A DNA stretch of 64,000 nucleotides from Candidatus Fermentithermobacillaceae bacterium (GTDB taxonomy: Bacteria; Bacillota; Sulfobacillia; Fermentithermobacillales; Fermentithermobacillaceae), in NCBI GenBank assembly GCA_018052475.1, contig JAGPNG010000007.1:2588-66587 (forward strand), read 5' to 3'. Below, one piece after another: positions 31,247-41,538 of this stretch. Made by a program: the position numbers and the translations under genes. Under the pieces are notes generated by a model. That model was not told where the DNA came from. It made no database searches and saw only the letters and a program-made list of their open reading frames with translations. Position 1 is the stretch's first letter. Each line of letters begins with the position of its first letter.

Positions 31247-33409
31247 CTACTGACCCATTTCTAATCCCAGCTGCCACGCAAGAAATGCCCACATGTTTGC
31301 TTGTTCGTCAACTATCTTGTATAGAGGTTTCCCAACACCGTGTCCGGCTTCAGACTCTACGTTGAGCAGTATGGGTCCCTTAGGCGGTGTTTTTGAAGAA
31401 ACGTATTGGAGTAATGCAGTCATTTTCTTGGCGTGCATAGGATCTACCCTGGTATCGGATTCTGCAGTGTAGAAATACACTGCGGGATAGGAAATATCTT
31501 CGCTTACATGATGATATGGAGAATACGGGTAAATCCAGTTGAAGTCTTCAGCATTGTCTGGGTTTCCATACTCATAACACCAGAGCGAGGCAATGAGGAA
31601 TTTGTGATAACGAACCATGTCGAGCAGAGGGACTCCGCATGCCACGGCTCTGAAAAGATCGGGCCTTTGGGTCAATGCTGCGCCTACCAGGAGGCCTCCA
31701 TTGCTTCGACCCCAAATGCCCAAATGATCTCTGTCTGTGTACCCCTTGTCTATCAGATACTCTCCTGCAGCGATGAAGTCATCAAAGACGTTTTGCTTTT
31801 TGTCGAGCATTCCGGCTCTGTGCCATTCTTCTCCATATTCGCTTCCGCCACGAAGGTTAGCAGATGCATATATCCCACCCGATTCGATCCATGGAATGAC
31901 CGACGGGGAATAGGCAGGCGTTCTGCTAGTGTTGAAACCACCATAGCCTGAGAGCACGGTGGGATATGGTTTGCCCTCACCAATTTGGCAGGTGTTCGGC
32001 TTAAGGATGAACATGGGAATTATGGTACCATCTTTGGACGGATAGAATACCTGTTCTACTGCAGCCATATCCTGATCAAATGCTTTATCACTCTCTATAA
32101 ATGGCCTTGCTCGATCTGCATCTATGTCGCATGAGTAGATCGCAGGAGGTATCAAAAACGATTCGAAAGCAAAGAAGAACTCGGGCTCACTCAGGTCCCC
32201 TGTTAGACCTGTTATGGTGCCTAGAGTTGGAAGCTGTATCTCCTTTACAAATTGGCCGTCCATCTTATGTATGTGTAGATACGATACCGCATCCTTGAGT
32301 ACTGAAAGTACGATATGTCCTTTTACAAATTCGGCGCCTTCGATAGTAAGATCGCGTGATTCAGGGATGACAGTGGTCCAATTCTCCATGCTCGGTTTGT
32401 TGAGGTCGACTGATACTACTTTGTACCTAGGTGCCTCAAAGTTAGTTATCATGTAGAGGGTTTCTCCAATTATGCGGCCATGGAAAATTGCATCTTGTCC
32501 TTCGACGATAGGCTTGAATTCTTGGAAAGAAGCAGTTTCATCGCGGAAATACAGGTCTGTGCTGTTCCATCCGTGACTGACTACCAAAAGAAGATATTTT
32601 CCATCGTCTGAAAGGGACGTCCCGTATGATTGCTCTCGTGGGCGCCCTTCACCGAAAACCTTCGGATCGTCTTTTGGATCCGTGCCAAGTTTGTGATAGA
32701 ACAGATGACGGTTGTAGTTTTCTTCTCCTGGGGGAACCGTGCCCGGTTTCGGATGGCGACCATAGTAGAATCCGCTATTATCTTTTTTCCAGGTGACCCC
32801 GGCATACCTTGCTCGTTCGATCCTTTCAGGTAGAAGTTCTCTTTGATCCACGTTCATTACGTACAGCGTGCTCCATTCGTTGCCGCTGTGCGAGAGACCG
32901 TAGGCTATCATGCTTCCGTCTGGAGAAGGATACCACCAATCCAAGGCTACAGTACCTGTTTCGCTCTCTTCGTTGGGGTCTACAAGTATGTGCTCCTCAA
33001 ATGAAAAGGAAGTCCCTAATCTGTCCATGTCTATGTACATCAAGACAGGTTGGTTTTTTCCTTCTGTGCGCTTGGTGTAGAAGAGTCGTTTGCCTTTGAG
33101 GTTCGGGGAACCTACCGTATCCTTAGACATGAGCTCTCCTATACGTTTTCTTAGGAATTCTCGCTGGGGAAGTTGTTTTAGTACGTATTCTGTTCTTTGG
33201 TTTTGTAATGACGTCCATGCTTGAACTTCTGGGCTAGTACCTTCTTCTAACCACCGATACGGGTCGATAATCTCAGTGCCATGCACCAAGTCAATGACTG
33301 GTTTTCTTGGCGTGCTCGGGGGCTCAGGAACTTGAACATCAATGCTTCCGGGTAAATGTGTCATATTAGTCATCCTCACTTTCAAAGGCCTGGTTGTTCC
33401 GTGCTTCAT
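31247..33409 (-). CDS. Prolyl oligopeptidase (S9A family serine peptidase)
   Basis: About 700 aa with an N-terminal beta-propeller and a C-terminal alpha/beta hydrolase domain. The nucleophile motif GGSNGGLL and the catalytic Asp/His region are present. Confidence 0.85.
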   Translation of the reverse strand: MKHGTTRPLKVRMTNMTHLPGSIDVQVPEPPSTPRKPVIDLVHGTEIIDPYRWLEEGTSPEVQAWTSLQNQRTEYVLKQLPQREFLRKRIGELMSKDTVGSPNLKGKRLFYTKRTEGKNQPVLMYIDMDRLGTSFSFEEHILVDPNEESETGTVALDWWYPSPDGSMIAYGLSHSGNEWSTLYVMNVDQRELLPERIERARYAGVTWKKDNSGFYYGRHPKPGTVPPGEENYNRHLFYHKLGTDPKDDPKVFGEGRPREQSYGTSLSDDGKYLLLVVSHGWNSTDLYFRDETASFQEFKPIVEGQDAIFHGRIIGETLYMITNFEAPRYKVVSVDLNKPSMENWTTVIPESRDLTIEGAEFVKGHIVLSVLKDAVSYLHIHKMDGQFVKEIQLPTLGTITGLTGDLSEPEFFFAFESFLIPPAIYSCDIDADRARPFIESDKAFDQDMAAVEQVFYPSKDGTIIPMFILKPNTCQIGEGKPYPTVLSGYGGFNTSRTPAYSPSVIPWIESGGIYASANLRGGSEYGEEWHRAGMLDKKQNVFDDFIAAGEYLIDKGYTDRDHLGIWGRSNGGLLVGAALTQRPDLFRAVACGVPLLDMVRYHKFLIASLWCYEYGNPDNAEDFNWIYPYSPYHHVSEDISYPAVYFYTAESDTRVDPMHAKKMTALLQYVSSKTPPKGPILLNVESEAGHGVGKPLYKIVDEQANMWAFLAWQLGLEMGQ

Positions 33410-33425
33410 AGGGTTTTAGCTTTTC

Positions 33426-34232
33426 CTAACCGGGAGAGATGGTCTTCCGAAGACCAAGACCGCACAACTCGAGCACTTGAGTTATGTTGGTCAGTATGTA
33501 GTCCGGATGCGCTTTTTGAATCACCTCCTCCGGGTAGGCTCCGTAGGTTACGCCCGCACTCTCGATTACAATGTGTGGCATAGAGTTCTTGAACGGGCGG
33601 ATATTACCCAGATCCTGAAGGCGTTCTGAACAGATGCGGTGATCCCATTGATTGGATAGATCCTTCAACGCTGATTGGGCGTTCTTTGTTGCATCGATGT
33701 CCGTAGGCGAGTCGCCTACAAACAGAACATGCATTTCTTTTGTAGGAGTGTTACTATGTTTCCTATCTGCGACATCTGTGATGGCCTTTATGATCGGGGC
33801 AGGGTGCGGCTTGTGTTCTTTTGTATCGTCATAGAAAACCATCGCGTCGAACATATTCTCAATGCCTGCTATGTGAAGACCATGACTTGCGGTTTCACGC
33901 CTTTTTGATGTTACGAGTGCCGTGATGACACCATTTTTACGTAAAGCGTCCAGCGTCTCTTGTACCCCCGGAAACGGTTTTACGCGGTCTTTGTGAATAG
34001 ACAAATTGTGTTCCACATATACCTTGCATGCTTCATCTTCGTTACCCGGTAAGAATATGGAGAACTGATCTCTTAGGGGGAGACCCATGTATGGCCGAAT
34101 TTCTTCTTCAGCGGGAATTCGACCGGTAAAGTGATGAATTGTGTGTTTGAAAGATTCGAGTATAGCTTCGGTAGTATCTAGCAGCGTTCCATCAAGGTCG
34201 AATAGCACCGCTTCAAATTTGCTCGTAGACAA
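33426..34232 (-). CDS. HAD-superfamily hydrolase
   Basis: N-terminal DxD motif (VLFDLDGTLLDT), motif II (LVTS) and motif IV (VGDSPTDIDA). Confidence 0.75.
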   Translation of the reverse strand: MSTSKFEAVLFDLDGTLLDTTEAILESFKHTIHHFTGRIPAEEEIRPYMGLPLRDQFSIFLPGNEDEACKVYVEHNLSIHKDRVKPFPGVQETLDALRKNGVITALVTSKRRETASHGLHIAGIENMFDAMVFYDDTKEHKPHPAPIIKAITDVADRKHSNTPTKEMHVLFVGDSPTDIDATKNAQSALKDLSNQWDHRICSERLQDLGNIRPFKNSMPHIVIESAGVTYGAYPEEVIQKAHPDYILTNITQVLELCGLGLRKTISPG

Positions 34233-34469
34233 TACTTACACCTCGTATTTCAAAATACATACGATTACATATTCCCGATAGATAAGTGGCATTCCTTCAA
34301 ATAATCCAACCGACTTGGAGGTGCTAGCGATATACGGCTGATTAACAGATTGAGGTTGGCTCTTAGATTGACTATAGTAAAGGTGCAACCAGATCGAGGT
34401 CCTGTCGTAGTAACGTTTTATGCTGTGCAATCGGTGTCATTGCGAAAACGCAAGGTTAAGGGATGATCC

Positions 34470-35243
34470 ATGGCCATATTCCTTTCATTACTCATTGCCC
34501 TATTAAAGGCCCTAGGAGTTTTGCTCGGGGTAGTTTTATTGTTCCTTGTGCTTCCTATATTTGCTAGGGGCACAGGGTCTTTTAGCTTTGAAAGCGATTT
34601 GGACCAAACCAAAGAGGAGATGCAGGATGGAGAAGATCCTTCAGATGCCAAGGGCTTCTCTTTGGAGTATGACTTTGATATAGCAGTTAAATTGTTGTTA
34701 GGCTTGGGGTCTTTCTCCGTGAATAAAGATCAAGGACTACTTCTCAAGGTTTTAGGCGTTAAAGTGTGGCCTCGGAGAGGGGCGACAAAGAGAGAAACGG
34801 GAGCCCTCAAAGAGAAGGAAACCGGCGATAGACAAGAGGAAACGCTGAAACAGAGGCAAGGAAACAAAAGACGGCGAAGGGGCTTTTCGTTGGAAAGCGG
34901 CAAAAGCATCTTTGTTTCTTCTTCAACCCGTTCAAAGGTGCTTCGGAGCATGAGAGGTTTCTACCATGCCATGCATCCCGATTGTGAGTTGACGGTCGAG
35001 TTTGATTTGATTGATCCTGCATATACAGGGATGGTCTACGGGTTTTTGTCAGCTATTGTTGGCTTTTTTGGGATAGAGAAAGCAGCCTTTTACCCGAGAT
35101 TTGGGTTGGAGACGGCGCATGTGTCTACCGAGTTCAAAGCGCGGGCTTGGCTTATCCCTATGCATGTATTGTTCATAGCGGCAAGATTCATGCGTGATCC
35201 AGAGATAAGGGCTGCGATAAAAAAAGAAAACAGCGGTCTTTGA
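34470..35243 (+). CDS. ytfI: YtfI-like sporulation membrane protein (DUF2953)
   Basis: An N-terminal transmembrane segment followed by a charged region. It is paired with a downstream ytfJ/gerW homologue, as in Bacillus ytfIJ. Confidence 0.5.
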   Translation: MAIFLSLLIALLKALGVLLGVVLLFLVLPIFARGTGSFSFESDLDQTKEEMQDGEDPSDAKGFSLEYDFDIAVKLLLGLGSFSVNKDQGLLLKVLGVKVWPRRGATKRETGALKEKETGDRQEETLKQRQGNKRRRRGFSLESGKSIFVSSSTRSKVLRSMRGFYHAMHPDCELTVEFDLIDPAYTGMVYGFLSAIVGFFGIEKAAFYPRFGLETAHVSTEFKARAWLIPMHVLFIAARFMRDPEIRAAIKKENSGL

Positions 35244-35558
35244 AGAAGGAGTCATAAAACTATAACGCAATTAGCCGCAAGACAGGTGTTGTTTTCACAA
35301 TCTGTGATAAAGTAAAATAGAAGTATCCACGTAGCAGATTTTACGCGACTTTCAATAGATGAACCATTCGACGTAGCCGGCATCAATCAGATAATTGTAG
35401 TTCATTGTGAATGTGCAATCACATAGGTTCGGTGTTGATACAAAACAATTGGATAGGCGTAAATACATTTAGCAGCGTCGGCAGGGACCTAAGGAACGTA
35501 CTTGGGAACACTGTATGAGGTTTTTCTACACGCAAATTCAAAGAAGGGGGATGTAAGT

Positions 35559-35993
35559 ATGGAGCGGGCAGGCATAATTGAGGACATAGGTTCTGAATTG
35601 TCCAAGTTTCTGTCTACGGAGACGATATTTGGTGAACCAATGGTGATTAATAACGTCACGTTGATACCGGTTCAATCTGTATCGCTAGGTTTTGGCGGCG
35701 GTGTTGGTACAGGCAAAGCTTCAAAGGGTGAAGGCCATGGAACGGGCTCAGGTGCTGGAGCGATGCTTCGACCTGTTGCAATCGTTGCTATCTCAGAAGC
35801 AGGCGAGGTGCACGTATACAACTTCAAGGGTTTTAGCAGCTTGGTAGAGACTGTTGTAGAACACCTTCCGGAAGCTGTATCAAAGATCGCGGAAGTCGGC
35901 ATGGGAAAAAAGAAGGCGAAAGAAGAGGTCTGTGAAGAGGAAGTTTCCGAGGAAAAAGTAGACAAGCAGGAAGAGGAGCAGGAAGAAGAGTAG
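35559..35993 (+). CDS. ytfJ: Spore germination protein GerW/YtfJ family
   Basis: IFGEPMVINNVTLIPVQSVSLGFGGGVG...GSGAGAMLRPVAIVAI is the conserved GerW core. The C-terminus is an acidic tail. The ATG at 35559 follows ribosome-binding site AAGGGGGA. Confidence 0.75.
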   Translation: MERAGIIEDIGSELSKFLSTETIFGEPMVINNVTLIPVQSVSLGFGGGVGTGKASKGEGHGTGSGAGAMLRPVAIVAISEAGEVHVYNFKGFSSLVETVVEHLPEAVSKIAEVGMGKKKAKEEVCEEEVSEEKVDKQEEEQEEE

Positions 35994-36126
35994 GTCTGCG
36001 ATTGGAGATTCCTTTCAATCGAGAGGCGGATATTCTGGGCACGATCTTTGGGCTTTGACTTTTTGCGAAGAGTTGAGGCCCAAGGTGATCAATAGACACA
36101 TTACGCCATTATTTGAGAGGGAGGCC

Positions 36127-36867
36127 ATGTTTATGGAGAAGAAAGATGTTTCCGCCATGGAAGAGGTACTTGAGTACGTGAAGGCAAAAACCGAAGAGGG
36201 AAAGCAGAACGTCGGAGAGACTCTGGAAGAAGAAACCCGCCGTATCCAGGACATAATTGATTTTGCGAAGTCCAAGCTCGATGAAGTTACTGATGAAGCA
36301 AAGGTTAAACTGAACGAGATAATAGCTTTCGCAGAATCGAAGATCGAGCAGATCCAAAAAGAGGCACTAGAAGCCAAAGAGAAAGTTGCAGAAGGTGCCG
36401 AAAAAGTCAAGAAAACGACCGATGAATTGGTCGAAAAAGTTTCAGAAGAAGTAGAAGAAGTAAAGGACACGGCTCGAAAAACCGGCATAACCGATACAGT
36501 AGTCTCAGCGGCTAAGTCTCTTGGTGGCACTTTGGCTGACTTGGGTAAGAAGTTGGGCAAAGAAACCAAGCAGCTTACCGAGATAGCTAGTCTACGGTGG
36601 GAGATTTCAAACCTTGTTAAGGCGAAAAGAGAGAAGATCACGAAGCTTGGCGAGAGTTTCTATGAAGCACATAAGTCTGGGCAAAACCAAGTGAGTGTTC
36701 CTGATGATCTAAAGGAAATGATTTCAGAGATCGAGGAAATACAGAGCAAGATAGATGTCAAGCAGGCAGAAGTTGAAAGGATCCAAAAAGAAGAAGATCT
36801 TACTGCGGAAGATATCAAGGCTATAGACGAGGAACTTGAAAAGGAAGCAGAAGAACCTCAGAAGTAG
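36127..36867 (+). CDS. Coiled-coil protein, unknown function
   Basis: Highly charged with a K/E-rich heptad-like composition throughout. Ribosome-binding site AGAGGGAGG. Confidence 0.5.
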   Translation: MFMEKKDVSAMEEVLEYVKAKTEEGKQNVGETLEEETRRIQDIIDFAKSKLDEVTDEAKVKLNEIIAFAESKIEQIQKEALEAKEKVAEGAEKVKKTTDELVEKVSEEVEEVKDTARKTGITDTVVSAAKSLGGTLADLGKKLGKETKQLTEIASLRWEISNLVKAKREKITKLGESFYEAHKSGQNQVSVPDDLKEMISEIEEIQSKIDVKQAEVERIQKEEDLTAEDIKAIDEELEKEAEEPQK

Positions 36868-37129
36868 TTGACGTAGAGAGCCAGATAACTCTGTTTCTCA
36901 TGGTGACTTGCGTTGACCGCAGACATAGGGGTATGATATCCTAGACTGTGAACTAAGTCACAAACGTTTACAGGTTGATATGGTTTGACCTGCGGGGAGG
37001 GTTCACTGAACCGAAGGGTCTCGACAGTGAGCTGGGTTTGTTTGCTGACGCATTCTACAAAGGGATGTTAGGGAACAGACACGAACATGGTTGGCTGCCA
37101 TTTGCAGCGAATTCCTGAGCGATATTGTC

Positions 37130-37161
37130 AAGCCCGTCCTCGTGGCGGGCTTCTTTTTTAT
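37130..37161 (+). terminator. Rho-independent terminator or attenuator immediately upstream of the hydrogenase-maturation operon
   Basis: AAGCCCGTCCTCGTGGCGGGCTT followed by CTTTTTTAT. The ribosome-binding site of the next gene starts about 25 nt later. Confidence 0.6.
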
Positions 37162-37200
37162 CTGGTGTATGAGAGTTTGTAGGAAAGGAGGTGCAGCGGG

Positions 37201-37491
37201 TTGGAAACTACACGGAACTCAGGGGGTGATCAGGAACACCCATACGGAGAACAGAGGATAGGGGTTGTAGGGATTGTCGTAAGGGATAGGCTTACGAGCG
37301 CTCCCAAGGTCAATCAGATCCTATCTGAGTATGCTCACGTAATAATCGGAAGGATGGGCGTTCCCTACAGAGACAGAGGCATTTCCGTTATAGCGCTTAT
37401 CGTAGATGGTGATACCGATACGCTTGGTGCCATGACTGGAAAACTAGGCGCGCTTTCGGGGGTAAAGGTAAAAACAGCCATAACAGTATAG
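37201..37491 (+). CDS. TM1266-like small regulatory protein (iron-only hydrogenase system regulator family)
   Basis: 96 aa ACT-like ORF directly upstream of hydE, hydG and hydF, as in Thermotoga. TTG start with ribosome-binding site AAGGAGG. Confidence 0.55.
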   Translation: METTRNSGGDQEHPYGEQRIGVVGIVVRDRLTSAPKVNQILSEYAHVIIGRMGVPYRDRGISVIALIVDGDTDTLGAMTGKLGALSGVKVKTAITV

Positions 37492-37501
37492 GAGGTTTTG
37501 C

Positions 37502-38689
37502 ATGCCGGACATGGGGCTTGAGGTTTTGGAAAAAGCGATAGAGGATCTTCTGCAGGGTTTGGAAGTCGAAGATTCTAACGAAGAGTTTGCACTGCTGTAC
37601 AAAGGTCACAAAGCGAGAGTTAAGCATTTAGGTACCGAAGTGCACTTAAGGGGGATCATAGAGTTTTCCAACTATTGCCGTCAGGACTGTTTGTATTGCG
37701 GACTGAGGAGAAGCAACGGACGTGTTAAAAGGTATCGCATGCTTCCTGACAAGATCATAGAAGCAGCGGAAAAAGCGATGGCTATTCATAAGTTCGGAAC
37801 GTTCGTTCTCCAATCCGGAGAGGACCCTGGTTATCCCCCAGAGGACCTTGCACGCGTGGTTGCGGCTATAAAGGATATGGGGGCAGCTGTAACTCTTAGC
37901 GTTGGACAATGGCCATACGAAGAGTACAAACTATGGAAGGATGCAGGGTGCGATCGGTTTCTCCTAAAGTTTGAAACTTCGGATCCTGTCTTGTTCCACA
38001 AACTCAAACCAACGACTACATTGAAGGATAGGCTCGATTGTTTCTATGCTCTCAGAGAACTTGGATACCAAGTTGGTACAGGTATAATCCTGGGATTGCC
38101 TGGACAGACGTCTCAATCTATCGTCGGTGACTTGAACCTTATCTCAAGGCTCAATCCCGAAATGGTGAGCATTGGTCCTTACATACCTCACCCAGACACA
38201 CCGTTAGGCACTAGATATGATTCGGAGCACAATCTTGATCCTACGAGCCTAATACGTGCCGTGTTGGATGCTATAGCTGTGAGTCGTATCATGGTTCCTT
38301 ATGCTCATATCCCAGCTACAACTGCATTGGGGGTTTTGGGTAAGAAAGATAAAGGATGGATTGAGTTTGGGCGCAGATACGTCTCGGCATCTGAGCCTGA
38401 ATCAGTCGGAATAGCGTGCTTCGAAGAAGGGTGTGCCGGACTCGAGACGTGGAATGATCCTCGTGCTTTGGCACTTATGTGTGGAGCAAATGTCATAATG
38501 CCAGACATTACTCCAGAAGAATTCAGAGCTTCTTATGATATATATCCTGGCAAAGCGGATTCTGATGGGACGAATCTTTCAGGTATCATAGCCGAAGTCA
38601 AAACACTTGTTAGTGCGTTAGGCATGAACTTATCTCCCGGTAGAGGCGATAGCTGCAAACCGCAGTTCAATCAAGGGAAATTGATGTAA
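37502..38689 (+). CDS. hydE: [FeFe]-hydrogenase H-cluster radical SAM maturase HydE
   Basis: CRQDCLYCGL is the radical SAM CxxxCxxC motif, and the protein has a BioB-like fold. It is adjacent to hydG and hydF. Confidence 0.8.
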   Translation: MPDMGLEVLEKAIEDLLQGLEVEDSNEEFALLYKGHKARVKHLGTEVHLRGIIEFSNYCRQDCLYCGLRRSNGRVKRYRMLPDKIIEAAEKAMAIHKFGTFVLQSGEDPGYPPEDLARVVAAIKDMGAAVTLSVGQWPYEEYKLWKDAGCDRFLLKFETSDPVLFHKLKPTTTLKDRLDCFYALRELGYQVGTGIILGLPGQTSQSIVGDLNLISRLNPEMVSIGPYIPHPDTPLGTRYDSEHNLDPTSLIRAVLDAIAVSRIMVPYAHIPATTALGVLGKKDKGWIEFGRRYVSASEPESVGIACFEEGCAGLETWNDPRALALMCGANVIMPDITPEEFRASYDIYPGKADSDGTNLSGIIAEVKTLVSALGMNLSPGRGDSCKPQFNQGKLM

Positions 38690-38708
38690 CAGAAAGGACG
38701 GTTAACAG

Positions 38709-40127
38709 ATGGCAAATAGCAAACAGCTCGCTACTTTCATTGACGAGCAAAAGATATCGGATGTTTTGGAAGCGGGCAAGAAATACACTCATTCAGATGT
38801 GAGGCGGGTCATATCCAAGGCAGAGGAACTAAGGGGACTGGAACTGGAGGAATTGGCGGCTCTTTTGTGGGTAGACGATCCCGAGCTTGAGGAAGAGATT
38901 TATCGTACCGCGCGTTACATCAAAGAACAGATCTATGGCAAGAGGATTGTATTCTTTGCTCCTCTTTATGTGAGTGATTACTGCGTGAATAATTGTACGT
39001 ACTGCGCGTATAGGCTGAGCAATGATTACCCAAGGCGAAAACTGACCATGGATGAGATACGCGAAGAAGTTAAGGTAATAGAGGATATGGGACACAAGCG
39101 CATTGCCCTTGAAGCGGGCGAAGATCCGGTCAACTGTCCTATTGAGTACATCGTTGAAGCGATGAAGACGATATACGATACTACTTCTTCTAACGGCAGT
39201 ATAAGGCGAATTAATGTAAACGTCGCCGCGACCACAGTTGAAGAATACAAGATGCTTAAAGAGGCGGGCATAGGCACGTACGTTTTATTTCAAGAAACAT
39301 ACCACAGAGAAACATACAGAAAAGTCCACTGTGGGCCCAAAGCTGACTATGATTGGCACACTACTGCTATGGATAGGGCATTTGCAGGAGGGATTGATGA
39401 CGTAGGTATAGGGGTTTTGTTCGGTCTGTATGATTGGAGATTCGAAACAGTGGGCCTTCTAATGCATGCTCAGTATTTGGATCAAACCTATGGCGTAGGG
39501 CCCCACACTATATCTTTTCCGCGTCTTCGCCCAGCCTATGGGGTTACACTAGATAACTTTCCGCACCTGGTTAATGACAGAGATTTCAAGCGCATCGTTG
39601 CGTCGCTGCGATTGAGCGTACCTTATACAGGGATGATACTTTCTACGAGAGAGGAGCCAAAGTTGCGCGATGAAGTTATCGCATTGGGCATATCCCAGCT
39701 TAGCGGAGGTTCTATGACCGGTGTCGGGGAGTACAAAGAGTCTTTGGAAAAAGCGGCTAGCAAGGAAGGACACGCCGATACGCCTCAGTTTGAGGTGGGG
39801 GATCACAGGACCTTAGACGAAATCATAAGGCACATACTTACACAAGGTTACATCCCGAGTTTTTGCACCGCGTGTTATCGCTTGGGACGAACAGGTGAGA
39901 ATTTCATGGCCCTTGCTAAGGGTGCTCATATACATGAGACGTGTCAACCTAATGCGATACTTACATTTCAGGAGTATCTTTGTGACTACGCGTCACCGGA
40001 GACCAAAGAACAGGCCCAACCGGTTATCGAAAGAGCCCTTATTGAGGTCGTTCCGGAGAGCCTCAGAGAAGAGTGCAAGAAAAGACTGGAGCGAGTGAAA
40101 TCTGGGGAAAGAGACCTTTATTTCTAG
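38709..40127 (+). CDS. hydG: [FeFe]-hydrogenase H-cluster radical SAM maturase HydG
   Basis: CVNNCTYCAY radical SAM motif with a ThiH-like fold, plus the HydG-specific C-terminal CTACYR cysteine motif. Confidence 0.85.
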   Translation: MANSKQLATFIDEQKISDVLEAGKKYTHSDVRRVISKAEELRGLELEELAALLWVDDPELEEEIYRTARYIKEQIYGKRIVFFAPLYVSDYCVNNCTYCAYRLSNDYPRRKLTMDEIREEVKVIEDMGHKRIALEAGEDPVNCPIEYIVEAMKTIYDTTSSNGSIRRINVNVAATTVEEYKMLKEAGIGTYVLFQETYHRETYRKVHCGPKADYDWHTTAMDRAFAGGIDDVGIGVLFGLYDWRFETVGLLMHAQYLDQTYGVGPHTISFPRLRPAYGVTLDNFPHLVNDRDFKRIVASLRLSVPYTGMILSTREEPKLRDEVIALGISQLSGGSMTGVGEYKESLEKAASKEGHADTPQFEVGDHRTLDEIIRHILTQGYIPSFCTACYRLGRTGENFMALAKGAHIHETCQPNAILTFQEYLCDYASPETKEQAQPVIERALIEVVPESLREECKKRLERVKSGERDLYF

Positions 40128-40187
40128 AGAGTCTTTTGTGGTGCCTAGGATTTATTTTGCGGAAATTGGGTGAATGGGAAGGAGAAG

Positions 40188-41456
40188 ATGGTGATGAGCC
40201 TTAGCAGTACTCCAAGATCTAACAGAGTCCATATTGGCATATTTGGAAGAAGAAATGCAGGTAAGTCAAGTCTAATAAATGCGATTACAGGTCAAGATGC
40301 GGCTTTAGTTTCTGATGTCCCCGGGACTACTGCAGATCCGGTGTATAAGGCTATGGAGCTTCACGGCGCGGGGCCTGTTGTGTTTGTAGACACTCCGGGC
40401 ATCGATGATGTAGGTAGCCTAGGAGAAGCTAGGGCGTCTAGGGCGATAAGGGTATCTAGCAAGACGGATGTCGCAGTGGTAGTTATCGATCCTCAAACGG
40501 GGTTAGGTCAACCCGAGATCGATTTGCTTGAGGATTTTGGGAAAAAAGCGTTACCTACCATCATAGTCTTAACCAAAAAAGATATCTGGCCCCCAAAAAG
40601 CCATCTGGATGAGATTAAGTCAAAGATAGATGAAGTATATGGGAACATGCGGAAAGACGGTAGACATTGTGCTTCTCCCTTGGTCTTTGGTGTGAGCGCC
40701 AGTACCGGTGAGGGAATAGCGGACCTCCTCCAGACTTTATCTGAGATCGTCGCAGCGGATCTCTTAGATGTTGAACCTCCAATAGTCGGGGATCTGCTGC
40801 GTACGGGAGACACAGTATGCCTTGTCGTTCCCGTAGATTTTGAGGCTCCTAAGGGAAGGCTTATCCTTCCCCAAGTGCAGACCATAAGGGATATAATCGA
40901 TCACGATTGTATCTCGATTGTAGCAAAAACTGACGAACTTGCCGGTGTCCTCGGCAATTTGAAGCAACCTCCGGCACTTGTGATAACAGATTCTCAGGTT
41001 TTTGAAGAGGTCAATCGTATCTTGCCTGATGATGTTCCCCTTACGTCTTTCTCAGTTCTTTTTGCGCGCCACAAAGGTGATCTCGAAGAATTTATCAAAG
41101 GCGCAGAGGCACTGAGCGAGCTCAAACCACATGACAGGGTGCTCATCGCAGAAGCGTGTACACATCATCCCATAGAAGATGACATCGGCACCGTTAAGAT
41201 ACCTGCGTGGCTTGAGGCCAAAGTAGGAGGGCCTCTTGAGTTCTCATGGCAGAAGGGTGGTGACTATCCGTCGGATCTTACGAGTTTCAAAGTTATAATA
41301 CACTGCGGTGGATGTATGCTGAATCGCAAGGAGATGCTCTTTAGGATTGAGGAGGCGAAAAACGCCGGGATTCCGATAGCAAATTACGGGATGACGATTG
41401 CCTATACCAAAGGGATATTGCATAGAGCGCTGGAGCCCCTTGGATTCAAACCGTAG
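40188..41456 (+). CDS. hydF: [FeFe]-hydrogenase maturation GTPase HydF
   Basis: G1 motif GRRNAGKSS, G2 T, DTPG and a C-terminal CxH...HCGGC cluster-binding motif. Confidence 0.85.
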   Translation: MVMSLSSTPRSNRVHIGIFGRRNAGKSSLINAITGQDAALVSDVPGTTADPVYKAMELHGAGPVVFVDTPGIDDVGSLGEARASRAIRVSSKTDVAVVVIDPQTGLGQPEIDLLEDFGKKALPTIIVLTKKDIWPPKSHLDEIKSKIDEVYGNMRKDGRHCASPLVFGVSASTGEGIADLLQTLSEIVAADLLDVEPPIVGDLLRTGDTVCLVVPVDFEAPKGRLILPQVQTIRDIIDHDCISIVAKTDELAGVLGNLKQPPALVITDSQVFEEVNRILPDDVPLTSFSVLFARHKGDLEEFIKGAEALSELKPHDRVLIAEACTHHPIEDDIGTVKIPAWLEAKVGGPLEFSWQKGGDYPSDLTSFKVIIHCGGCMLNRKEMLFRIEEAKNAGIPIANYGMTIAYTKGILHRALEPLGFKP

Positions 41457-41538
41457 AGCGTGTATTAGATGTGAACAACCGAATATGAAGTGGTGTATAA
41501 TAGCAGAGCACATATAGATCTGAGATGGAGTTGTTTCT

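Noticed and set aside
37095-37113. A sigma-54-like motif, TGGCTG-ccatt-TGCAG, in the leader before the hydrogenase-maturation operon
   Set aside because: The GG-to-GC spacing is 9 nt rather than the obligatory 10 nt, and the -12 element is imperfect. I do not call it a sigma-54 promoter.
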